64,000 nt of DNA, taken from assembly GCA_021648085.1 (NCBI GenBank), contig JAKITS010000001.1:816064-880063 (forward strand), given 5' to 3'. The position numbers and the translations under genes are program-made. Positions 48,297 to 56,961 of the stretch are shown here, piece by piece. Positions within the stretch are counted from its first letter, which is position 1. Every line of letters begins with the position of its first letter. The notes under the pieces were generated by a model. That model was given only the letters and a program-made list of their open reading frames with translations, searched no databases and had not been told where the DNA came from. The stretch comes from Candidatus Magasanikiibacteriota bacterium (lineage in GTDB: Bacteria > Patescibacteriota > Patescibacteriia > Magasanikbacterales > UBA922).

Positions 48297-50524
48297 AAAT
48301 TGGAGTTTTGGGTTCAACTCGCGGAACGAGTATGCAGCCTATAATAGACGCAATCGAACAGAATTTGTTGAAGGCATCTGTAGAATTGGTTGTTTCTAAT
48401 GTTGAAAATGCTTTTATATTAAAAAGAGCAAGAATGTGTGGAATAGCCGCAACATACATAAATGATTTTGGGAAAAATCGTGAAGATTATGATAAAGAGG
48501 TTTCAAAAATTTTTGAATCTTTTGAGGTTGATTTGGTTTTATTGATTGGATATATGAAGATATTATCCCAATTTTTTGTTCAGAAATGGGCTGGAAAAAT
48601 TATGAATGTCCACCCTTCACTTTTACCAGCTTTTACAGGAAAAATGGATGAACAAGTTCATTACGATGTCTTAGTTTCAGGAGATAAAGAGAGCGGTTGT
48701 ACAATTCACTTTGTAGATGAGGGGGTAGATTCTGGCGACATAATCATACAAAAAAAGTGTTCAGTTTTGTCGCACGATACAGTAATTTCTCTGAAAGACA
48801 AAGTTCAGAAATTGGAGGGCAAAGCTTTCATAGAAGCAATAAAAGAATTTGCGAATGGTAGTATTTTATCTTACAATAGTGAGGTTCAAGATCAAATACA
48901 AAATAGGAGTGTGGAGATGTGTGGAAAAACAGCCCTTTTGTCAGTTTACAATAAAACAGATATAGATATTTTTGCGCGCAAACTTATTTATCTTGGTTGG
49001 AAAATTGTAGCTTCTGGCGGAACAGCAAGATTTCTAAAAGAGCGGGGAATTGAAGTTCAGGATGTTGCAGATTTTGTTGGAGGCGGGGCAATTTTAGGGC
49101 ATAGAGTTGTGACATTGGATAGAAAAATCCACGCAGCACTTTTGTCTAAAGATTTGCCAGAAGATAACGAAGAGCTAAAAAGACTTGGTGTACCAAAAAT
49201 TGATTTGGTTTGTGTGGATCTTTATCCCTTGGAAGATGAGATCTCTTCTGAAGGAAGTACACAAGAATCTGTAATAGAAAAAACTGATATTGGCGGGCCG
49301 ACACTGCTCCGCTCCGCCGCAAAAGGTAGAAGAATTGTTGTTTGTGATTTTGAAGATAGAGACAAAACGTTGAAATGGCTTGCGATGGGTAAACCATACG
49401 AAAATAAGTTCATTACAAATTTGGTTGCAAAAACCGAAGAGATTGTTGCTAGATATTGTCTAATTTCTGCAAATTTTCATAGTGAAGGAAAAATAAAAGG
49501 AATAGTTGGTTTTGAGAGGCAAAAATGTGGTTATGGTGAAAATGCACAACAAAAAACAGCAAGTTTGTTAACTTACAAAAATAACGATCCTTTGAGTTTT
49601 AATAATTTTAAACAGGTTCGTGGTGTGCCAATGAGTTATAATAATTGTTGTGATGTAGATAGAATGGTTCAAACAATAACCCATATCGCAGCTGGTTTTG
49701 ATATAAATTTTGGCGAGGTTCCCTTTATTGCAGTTGCTGTAAAACACGGAAATCCATGTGGTGTAGCAATTGGAGAAGACAAGAAAATAGTTCTACAAAG
49801 AGTAATTGACGGTGATCCACGTGCAATTTTTGGAGGAATGATTATGACAAATTTTTCATTGGGTGTAAATGATACTGAGGTTATTTTAAACTATAAAATG
49901 GAAAAAGGAGGCAATAGACTTTTGGATGGGGTGGTTGCGCCTGCAATAGATGAAAATACAAGAGATTTACTAAAAAGACGAACTGGGCGTTGTAGAATGG
50001 TAGAAAATCCAGCTTTAGCAGAAATGTATTCAGGCAGTTTGGATAAAAATCCTAGGTTTCGTTATGTGAGAGGGGGATTTTTGCTGCAAGATAATTATGA
50101 TTTTGTAATGAATTTTACAAATACAGTAATTGAAAAACAAGGTATTATTTCAGAAGACATTGAAAAAGATTTAATTCTAGCTTGGGCTATTGGTTCAACA
50201 AGTAATAGTAACGCAATAACTTTGGTAAAAAACAGAATGTTGATTGGAAATGGTGTTGGTCAGCAAGATAGAGTTGGGGCTTGTGAACTTGCTATCAAAA
50301 AAGCCACAGACCAAGGACATTTGATTGTGGATTCCGTAGCTTATAGTGATAGCTTTTTCCCATTTTTAGATGGACCAGAAAAACTGTATGAAAGTAGAGT
50401 TAAAGCAATTCTAACTTCTAGTGGGTCTGTGCGAGATAAAGATCTGAAAGATTTTTGTCTAGTAAATGGAATTACACTTTATATGATCCCGGATAAAATA
50501 GGCAGAGGTTTTTTTGGACATTAA
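48275..50524 (+). CDS. fusion: GAR transformylase (PurN) + bifunctional AICAR transformylase/IMP cyclohydrolase (PurH)
   Basis: 749 aa; N-term KIGVLGSTRG...HPSLLPAFTG (PurN), then MGS-like LLSVYNKTDI...ASGGTARFLKERGI and AICARFT domain (PurH). Confidence 0.9.
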   Translation: MQSEKKLKIGVLGSTRGTSMQPIIDAIEQNLLKASVELVVSNVENAFILKRARMCGIAATYINDFGKNREDYDKEVSKIFESFEVDLVLLIGYMKILSQFFVQKWAGKIMNVHPSLLPAFTGKMDEQVHYDVLVSGDKESGCTIHFVDEGVDSGDIIIQKKCSVLSHDTVISLKDKVQKLEGKAFIEAIKEFANGSILSYNSEVQDQIQNRSVEMCGKTALLSVYNKTDIDIFARKLIYLGWKIVASGGTARFLKERGIEVQDVADFVGGGAILGHRVVTLDRKIHAALLSKDLPEDNEELKRLGVPKIDLVCVDLYPLEDEISSEGSTQESVIEKTDIGGPTLLRSAAKGRRIVVCDFEDRDKTLKWLAMGKPYENKFITNLVAKTEEIVARYCLISANFHSEGKIKGIVGFERQKCGYGENAQQKTASLLTYKNNDPLSFNNFKQVRGVPMSYNNCCDVDRMVQTITHIAAGFDINFGEVPFIAVAVKHGNPCGVAIGEDKKIVLQRVIDGDPRAIFGGMIMTNFSLGVNDTEVILNYKMEKGGNRLLDGVVAPAIDENTRDLLKRRTGRCRMVENPALAEMYSGSLDKNPRFRYVRGGFLLQDNYDFVMNFTNTVIEKQGIISEDIEKDLILAWAIGSTSNSNAITLVKNRMLIGNGVGQQDRVGACELAIKKATDQGHLIVDSVAYSDSFFPFLDGPEKLYESRVKAILTSSGSVRDKDLKDFCLVNGITLYMIPDKIGRGFFGH

Positions 50525-50527
50525 AAA

Positions 50528-50556
50528 ATAAAATCGATGTACTAACATCGATTTTT
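50528..50556. terminator. bidirectional intrinsic terminator after pur operon / PAS gene
   Basis: aaaatcgatgtactaacatcgatttttt. Confidence 0.8.
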
Positions 50557-50580
50557 TATTTACAAAAATATAGTTTTATA

Positions 50581-51081
50581 TTATTTTTCTAACTTCTTTA
50601 GTCTTTTCTTCATTTTAGCCATTTTACACTCTCTTCTCACTAATAGTTTATTTATTTTTTCGAGTTTTTCTATCTTGTGTTTCAATTTTTCTTCTATTTT
50701 TTTTTCTTTTGTTATATTTCTAGAGACAAGGAGAATATACGCATTTTTTTCTTTACTACTTTTTACTTGTGAAAAGGTCATATTGCACCAAGTTCTGTTC
50801 GATGCTCCTTTCACTCCTTTTGTAATATGTTTTATTTCTATTGTTGACGGTACTCCATCTAAGGCTTTTTTCATTGCTCTTTTTATTTTTTTCAAATAAA
50901 CCTCTTCTATCGTTTTTAAATAGTCCCAATTTTGAGTTTGAAGCCTGTCTTTGAAGCCGTGCTCAAGTAATCCGCCTCTATTTATATAAAGAATGTCTCC
51001 TTTTAAATCTAAAATTTTTATACAATCCAAAGAGGCATCTAATATACATTTTACCTCTTCAATAAATTTATCTTTTTTCAT
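50581..51081 (-). CDS. PAS-domain protein with C-terminal coiled coil
   Basis: 166 aa; LDCIKILDLKGDILYINRGGLLEHGF PAS-like core, Lys-rich helical tail. Confidence 0.5.
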   Translation of the reverse strand: MKKDKFIEEVKCILDASLDCIKILDLKGDILYINRGGLLEHGFKDRLQTQNWDYLKTIEEVYLKKIKRAMKKALDGVPSTIEIKHITKGVKGASNRTWCNMTFSQVKSSKEKNAYILLVSRNITKEKKIEEKLKHKIEKLEKINKLLVRRECKMAKMKKRLKKLEK

Positions 51082-51161
51082 ATAAAAACTTTTATCTCTC
51101 TTTTTATTTTACCACAAAAATAAAAACACTGCTAAATTGCAGTGTTTTTATTTGTTTATTT

Positions 51162-51725
51162 TTAACTCTCACGCCCCCCATAATCTCCTGTGTCAGTGTT
51201 TACTAAAATTGTCTCTCCTTCTTTTATAAAAATTGGCGCATGAATTAGTAAACCATTTTCTAATCCAATTTCTTTTGTCACATTTCCACTTGCTGTATCA
51301 CCTTTTACGGCTGGTGGAGAATCGACAACTTTATAAGAAATTTTTCTTGGAAGTTGGATTGCAACTGGATTTCCTTCGTGTAAAACAGTGATTACAACCA
51401 AACCTTCTTTTAAGAATTTTCCGTCTGTTCCAATTAAATCTTCGTCCATTTCAACTGTTTCATAAGTTTCATTATTCATAAAAGAATATTTTCCAGAATT
51501 TTTATATAAAAATTGCATATTTTTTCTTTCCACATGTGCAATGTCTATATTTTCTCCACTTTTGTATGTAATTTCAATTGTTTTACCACTTCCAATTCCT
51601 TTCATTTTAGTTTTAGAAAAAGCACACCCTTTTCCAGGATTTACAAATTTAAAATCTACAACAACATAAAGATCATTTGCGTGTTTTATGACAGCACCTT
51701 TTTTGATATCAGTAGTATCACCCAT
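51162..51725 (-). CDS. efp: translation elongation factor P
   Basis: 187 aa; KOW-like N-domain with NPGKG loop (modifiable Lys), OB domains; terminator 51122-51152. Confidence 0.9.
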   Translation of the reverse strand: MGDTTDIKKGAVIKHANDLYVVVDFKFVNPGKGCAFSKTKMKGIGSGKTIEITYKSGENIDIAHVERKNMQFLYKNSGKYSFMNNETYETVEMDEDLIGTDGKFLKEGLVVITVLHEGNPVAIQLPRKISYKVVDSPPAVKGDTASGNVTKEIGLENGLLIHAPIFIKEGETILVNTDTGDYGGRES

Positions 51726-51773
51726 ATTTTTTTATTAATTTCTAAACTCTAAGGTAAGAATACATAAAATAGG

Positions 51774-52766
51774 CTATTTTTTCAAGTTAAATAATTTATT
51801 TGTAGGAAGTAAAAGTATATTTTCTATTTTTTTACAATTTGCAAAAAGCATTATCAATCTATCAACACCAAGTGCAATTCCAGCAGATTTCGGCATTTTT
51901 TCTACAGCATTTATAAATTCTTCATCAATTCCAAAGTGTGGATTATCCTTTTCTATTCTTTTTCTTTGTTCATTTTCGTCTGTTAATTCAGAAAATGCAT
52001 TTGCCAACTCAATTCCGTTTACATAAAGCTCAAAACGCTCTGCATACTTTGGATTTTCTTTTGAAATTTTTGCAAGCGATGCCATTTGTGCTGGATAGTT
52101 ATAAACTATTGTTGGAACTTTTTTTCCTAGATATTCTTCTATTTTATTTAAGAAAATTCTATAAAATAAGTCTTCAAAAGGTTCATTTTTGCCTGCATTA
52201 AAACCTAATTTTTTACAAAGTTTATACATTTTTGAAGTTTCACAGTATTTATCTAAATTTACATTAACATATTTTTGCCATAATTCTTTCATTGAAATTT
52301 TTTCCCATTTTTTTTCAATATTTACTCCATTAATTTTTGTAATTCCAGTTTTTTGAGATATTAATTTAAGTAAATCTTCACAGTCTTTCATTATTTTATA
52401 AAAATCTTCTTCGGCTCTGTACCACTCAAGCATTGTAAATTCTGGATTATGATGTCCGCCAAAAGATTCGCAATTGCGAAAGCAGTGCGTAATTGTAAAA
52501 ATTTTTTTAAATCCGCTAGCTAAAGTTTTCTTCATTGTATATTCTGGAGAAGTATGTAGAAATCCGTTGAAATTTTCTTTTTTTTCATTTTGAATTTCTA
52601 CAGAAATAGGCGAGAGGTTTGGCTCTGAATCTGGATATTTTATTAAAATAGGTGGGTCTAATTCCAAAAAACCTTCATTTTCAAAAAAGTTTCTAATAAT
52701 TTTAATTATTTTTGCACGAAGTACAAAATTTTTTTCATTTTTACTAATGTGTAAGATCTGCTCCAT
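51774..52766 (-). CDS. epmA: EF-P lysine beta-lysyltransferase (class II LysRS paralog)
   Basis: 330 aa; class II aaRS motifs (FRNCESFGGHHNPEFTMLEWY; ERFELYVNGIELANAFSE; GIALGVDRL), no anticodon-binding domain; adjacent to efp. Confidence 0.75.
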   Translation of the reverse strand: MEQILHISKNEKNFVLRAKIIKIIRNFFENEGFLELDPPILIKYPDSEPNLSPISVEIQNEKKENFNGFLHTSPEYTMKKTLASGFKKIFTITHCFRNCESFGGHHNPEFTMLEWYRAEEDFYKIMKDCEDLLKLISQKTGITKINGVNIEKKWEKISMKELWQKYVNVNLDKYCETSKMYKLCKKLGFNAGKNEPFEDLFYRIFLNKIEEYLGKKVPTIVYNYPAQMASLAKISKENPKYAERFELYVNGIELANAFSELTDENEQRKRIEKDNPHFGIDEEFINAVEKMPKSAGIALGVDRLIMLFANCKKIENILLLPTNKLFNLKK

Positions 52767-52900
52767 ATTTTTTTGGATGATATTTGATCACTTTGACACC
52801 TTAACCTAAAATAGCTAAAAATTCAAGCTAAAAGATAGATTTCTATTGACAAAAAATACAAAAAAAGGTAAAATTATTTTGTTAATTGGTAGTTATTTTT

Positions 52901-53034
52901 GCGGGCGTCGTATAATGGTTATTATCGAGCGAGTGAGCGAAATGAGAAAGTTATCTTGTTAAAATAATTTTTTCATTTCCGAACGAGTGACGATAATATG
53001 GAATCTGAAAAGTTCCATATTATCTCGGCCTTCA
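52901..53034 (+). pseudogene. tRNA-Gly(UCC) 5' fragment interrupted by a 92-bp repeat-family insertion with 6-bp duplication (ATTATC)
   Basis: 52901-52926 identical to nt 1-26 of downstream tRNA-Gly; 92-bp insert (direct CGARCGAGTGA repeats plus 12-bp perfect hairpin gataatatggaa/ttccatattatc); tRNA resumes ATTATCTCGGCCTTC (53019-53034) then diverges. Confidence 0.6.
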
Positions 53035-53070
53035 CAATTCTTGTTTGTTTCAAAATTTACAAAATATTAT

Positions 53071-53142
53071 GCGGGCGTCGTATAATGGTTATTATCTCGG
53101 CCTTCCAAGCCGATGATGCCGGTTCGATTCCGGTCGCCCGCT
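53071..53142 (+). tRNA. tRNA-Gly (UCC)
   Basis: GCGGGCG acceptor, anticodon loop CTTCCAA, T-arm GCCGGTTCGATTCCGGT, 3' CGCCCGC-T; no encoded CCA. Confidence 0.85.
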
Positions 53143-53175
53143 CTAGTTGATTATATAAACAGCTAATTTTCTCAA

Positions 53176-54306
53176 ATGTTTGCAAAAAACAAAGCTAATT
53201 TAATAGGTTTGGTTTACAAAAAGGTTTTTAAGCCTGTTTTTTTTCGTCTAGATCCAGAATTTGTACACGATAGATTTATAAAAGTAGGAAACCTTATGGG
53301 TAAATGCAAGGTTGCAAAATTTTTTACAAGAAATCTTTTTGATTATAAAAATTCTGCACTTCAGCAAAATATTTTAGATATTAATTTTGAGAATCCAATT
53401 GGACTTTCTGCAGGTTTTGATAAAAATGGAAAATTGATAGATATTTTAGGTGGTGTTGGTTTTGGTTTTATGCAAGTTGGAACTATTACAAATGAATATT
53501 ACAAAGGAAACCCAAAACCAAGATTGCATAGACTTATAAAATCCAAAGCACTGATTGTTTATTATGGTTTAAAAAATGATGGAGTAGAAAAAATTATAGA
53601 AAGACTAAAAAAATCCAAAAAAACTAATTTTGTAAAAGGAATTTCAATAGGAAAGACAAATTGTACAAGAACAGCAGGACTTGATGCTGGAGTAGAAGAT
53701 TATTTTGAGTGTTATAAAAAGGTTTTGGAAAGCGGGGTTGGAGATTTTTATACTTTAAATATTTCTTGTCCAAACACTTTTGGTGGCGAACCTTTTACAA
53801 AACCAGAAAAATTATTAAAACTTTTAGAGAAAATTTATTCTATTCAAAGCAAAAAACCTATTTTTTTGAAAATGCCAATAAATTTACCGTGGGTTGAGTT
53901 TGAAAAACTTTTGGAAATAATAGTCCAATACAAAATAAACGGAGTAATAATCGGAAATTTAAATAAAAATTTTCAAGATAAAAGCTTGAAAGATAAAATT
54001 TCAGAAAATATGAAAGGAGGAATAAGTGGAAAACCTACAAAAAAACTTTCAAATGAATTAATTTCCAAAACTTATAAAAAATACGGAGATAATTTGGTAA
54101 TTGTGGGTGTTGGTGGAATTTTTTCTGCAGAAGACGCTTATGAAAAAATAAAACTAGGTGCATCTTTGGTACAATTAATAACAGGAATGATTTTTGAAGG
54201 ACCACAATTAATAGGAAAGATAAATATAGAATTGGTTAAGCTTATGAAAAAGGACGGATTTGAGAAAATTTCTCAAGCTGTTGGGGTTTCACATAAAAAG
54301 ACTTGA
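53176..54306 (+). CDS. pyrD: dihydroorotate dehydrogenase (quinone-type/class 2-like)
   Basis: 376 aa; N-terminal extension, NPIGLSAGFDKNG, TIGVGGIFSAEDAYEKI motifs. Confidence 0.85.
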   Translation: MFAKNKANLIGLVYKKVFKPVFFRLDPEFVHDRFIKVGNLMGKCKVAKFFTRNLFDYKNSALQQNILDINFENPIGLSAGFDKNGKLIDILGGVGFGFMQVGTITNEYYKGNPKPRLHRLIKSKALIVYYGLKNDGVEKIIERLKKSKKTNFVKGISIGKTNCTRTAGLDAGVEDYFECYKKVLESGVGDFYTLNISCPNTFGGEPFTKPEKLLKLLEKIYSIQSKKPIFLKMPINLPWVEFEKLLEIIVQYKINGVIIGNLNKNFQDKSLKDKISENMKGGISGKPTKKLSNELISKTYKKYGDNLVIVGVGGIFSAEDAYEKIKLGASLVQLITGMIFEGPQLIGKINIELVKLMKKDGFEKISQAVGVSHKKT

Positions 54307-54403
54307 TTTTTTTATTAAAGTCTGGTATTATTGTTTTGTGAATAAGAAATATAAAAATGGTATTTAGAAATCAAAAAAGGTTGTTTCTAAATGCGCTTTA
54401 TAT

Positions 54404-54479
54404 CGCGGGGTAGAGCAGTTGGCAGCTCGGCGGGCCCATAACCCGCAGGTCGTCGGTTCGAGTCCGACCCCCGCTACCA
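54404..54479 (+). tRNA. tRNA-Met (CAU), initiator-like, CCA encoded
   Basis: CGCGGGG...GGCGGGCCCATAACCCGC (three G-C pairs in anticodon stem as in tRNA-fMet), T-arm GGTTCGAGTCC, 3' ACCA; position 33 is C (unusual), 1:72 is C:U. Confidence 0.8.
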
Positions 54480-54554
54480 AAGAAAGAATTAAGTACTAAG
54501 AAATAAGTAAAATAAAAAACTTAATTCTTGGCTTTTTAGTATGGTTCTCCATAT

Positions 54555-54628
54555 GCGGTAATAGCTCAGTTGGCTAGAGCGCCTCCTTGCCAAGGAGGAG
54601 GTCGCCAGTTCGAATCTGGTTTACCGCT
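54555..54628 (+). tRNA. tRNA-Gly (GCC)
   Basis: GCGGTAATAGCTCAGTTGGCTAGAGCGCCTCCTTGCCAAGGAGGAGGTCGCCAGTTCGAATCTGGTTTACCGCT; anticodon loop TTGCCAA. Confidence 0.85.
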
Positions 54629-54749
54629 CAAATAAAAAACATCGTTTAAATAACGATGTTTTTTATTTTAACCTTGACAAGAGCCTTAGTTTATGGTATT
54701 GTAAGTCGTTCGTTCTTTTCATTTTTCGTTCACAAAAAAGGAGACAGAA

Positions 54750-55463
54750 ATGTCAGTAACAGTAAAGTTTGTTGTTGTAATCTTTTCGCTTTTTCTATTC
54801 ACGGCTTGTGGTAAGGGTTTTTGCTCCACCACAGCTTGTGGTGGACCTGAAGAGGAGGTCACGGTTGTAAATGTTGGAGCGGATGCCTCATACTCAGATA
54901 TTTCTTCTGAGGTGGACGTGGATACAGAAAGGTTCTGTGATTGGACAAATCCAACAGAACTAAATCCAGATTTCGTCCATCTCGATATTCGTTGGACAGG
55001 TGATGAAACTCTGGAAAGAGATTTTTATACAGATAATATTTTATCTGTGAAAGAGTTTGCATTTTCACCGTATATTGTACCGCAAACTTATCTAATTGGT
55101 GTGTGGTGTACAAATTGGATAAGGGTTGGCGGCGATGATTATTGGACTGATTACAGAGAAATTCCGTTTTTAGGGCAAGAGTTTGCAACTTTTTCAATAA
55201 ATATTCCAAAAGAGATTTTTGAGACTTATGACTATTGCCAAACATTTGTAAATGTGTTTTGCGCTTCAAGAGGTGGTGATGGTTGTTGGCATGCTGTCGA
55301 AATGATTAGTGGAAATGAGAAGTATCCAATTGTGCAAGTCAACGGGCATATAGAGTATTGTGTAGATAATAGCAAAGTCATCGATGCTGATATTGATGAT
55401 AAACACTTCTATATGCAAGATCGAGAAGCATACGCACACGGATTCTATTTGAACGAAATATAA
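54750..55463 (+). CDS. hypothetical lipoprotein (lipobox LFTAC), Cys/Trp/Asp-rich
   Basis: 237 aa; signal + LFTACG; promoter TTGACA-17-TATTGT at about 54671-54700; terminator 55477-55509. Confidence 0.5.
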   Translation: MSVTVKFVVVIFSLFLFTACGKGFCSTTACGGPEEEVTVVNVGADASYSDISSEVDVDTERFCDWTNPTELNPDFVHLDIRWTGDETLERDFYTDNILSVKEFAFSPYIVPQTYLIGVWCTNWIRVGGDDYWTDYREIPFLGQEFATFSINIPKEIFETYDYCQTFVNVFCASRGGDGCWHAVEMISGNEKYPIVQVNGHIEYCVDNSKVIDADIDDKHFYMQDREAYAHGFYLNEI

Positions 55464-55576
55464 GATTTCAAAAATCAAAAGCCCACTGTTTTTTACAGCG
55501 GGCTTTTTTAATTTTTATTACTTAATCTCACCAACAAAAGTGTGGTATAATAAGATATACCAACATAAAAAATAGT

Positions 55577-56950
55577 ATGGCAATTCTTAAAAAGAAAAAA
55601 ATGAAACTAAAAAGGCGAAGCCATCATTTTAAATTGGTTAAAAAAATAGACTTAAAAAAACAAAAAGGTAGTAAAAAAAAGAATGTAAATAAAGTATCTG
55701 CAAATAAAAAAATAGTAACAGCAAAAAAAATAAATAAATTGATTGAGAGTGCAAAACACAAACATGTCCAAGATATTATAGTGGAGCTATTCAATGGTTT
55801 GATGGTGTATGCTGCTATCGGTGAGTCTGCCTCAGATTTGCATATAGAACCATGGGAGGAGGAAGCTGTTATTCGTATTCGTGTAGATGGTATTTTATAC
55901 GATAGGTTTAAAGTTAATAAAACTATCTATAGGCATCTTGTAGCACTTTTGAAGATTCTTACAAAAATGAGAACAGACGAGCACAGGTCTCCACAAGATG
56001 GGCGTTTTGAGTTTGATACTCCCACAAACGATGTAGATGTGCGAGCCTCTATTATTCCAACATCAAACGGAGAAAAAGTAGTTTTACGGTTTCTTTCTGG
56101 TAAATCTCATAAATTAACATTAACACAACTCGGATTTTTGAAGCACGATTTAAAAAAAGTTTCCAAAGCAATTCACAAAAATTGGGGAATGATTTTGGCA
56201 ACAGGTCCAACAGGAAGTGGAAAGACAACATCAATTTATGCAATTTTGGAAGAGATAAATAAAAGAGAGGTTAACATAACCACAATTGAAGATCCCGTAG
56301 AGTTTGAAATAGAGGGTGTAAACCAAAGCCAGGTCGACAGAAAGGCAAAGCTAGATTTTGCTACTGGACTTCGCTCTCTTTTGAGGCAAGATCCTGATGT
56401 AATTATGGTTGGTGAGATTCGCGATCACGAAACAGCAAAAATAGCAGTAAATGCAGCTATGACTGGACACAAACTACTCTCAACTCTGCACACAAATAAC
56501 GCCGCTACAACTGTTTTAAGACTTATAGATATGGGAACAGAGCCTTATTTGGTAGCCTCAACACTTATTTGTGCTATTGCTCAGCGGTTGGTTCGCAAGT
56601 TGTGTTCAGAATGTAAAGAAAAAAGAACTTTTACAAAAACTAAGGCTAAAAAAATTCTAAAAAAAGAACATATAGATTTATTATTTGGAAATAAAAAATC
56701 AATCAAAATATCAGCCGCAACTGGGTGCTACGAGTGTGGAAATACAGGATACAAAGGGCGTTTAGGTGTTTATGAGGTTTTGGAGAATACACCTGAAATA
56801 CAGGAGTTAATTTTGAAACATGTAAATAGTACAAAACTACAAGAAATAGCTATTAAAAATGGGATGACAACAATGGCAGAAGATGGATTGAAAAAAGTTG
56901 CTTGCCATGACACCACATTAGAGGAATTTATGAGGGTTATGCAAGAGTAA
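55577..56950 (+). CDS. pilB: type IV pilus / type II secretion assembly ATPase (PilB/GspE family) with Lys-rich N-terminal extension
   Basis: 457 aa; Walker A GPTGSGKTT, Asp box, His box, C-terminal tetra-Cys motif CSECK...CYECGNTG. Confidence 0.9.
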   Translation: MAILKKKKMKLKRRSHHFKLVKKIDLKKQKGSKKKNVNKVSANKKIVTAKKINKLIESAKHKHVQDIIVELFNGLMVYAAIGESASDLHIEPWEEEAVIRIRVDGILYDRFKVNKTIYRHLVALLKILTKMRTDEHRSPQDGRFEFDTPTNDVDVRASIIPTSNGEKVVLRFLSGKSHKLTLTQLGFLKHDLKKVSKAIHKNWGMILATGPTGSGKTTSIYAILEEINKREVNITTIEDPVEFEIEGVNQSQVDRKAKLDFATGLRSLLRQDPDVIMVGEIRDHETAKIAVNAAMTGHKLLSTLHTNNAATTVLRLIDMGTEPYLVASTLICAIAQRLVRKLCSECKEKRTFTKTKAKKILKKEHIDLLFGNKKSIKISAATGCYECGNTGYKGRLGVYEVLENTPEIQELILKHVNSTKLQEIAIKNGMTTMAEDGLKKVACHDTTLEEFMRVMQE

Positions 56951-56961
56951 TATATTTTAAT

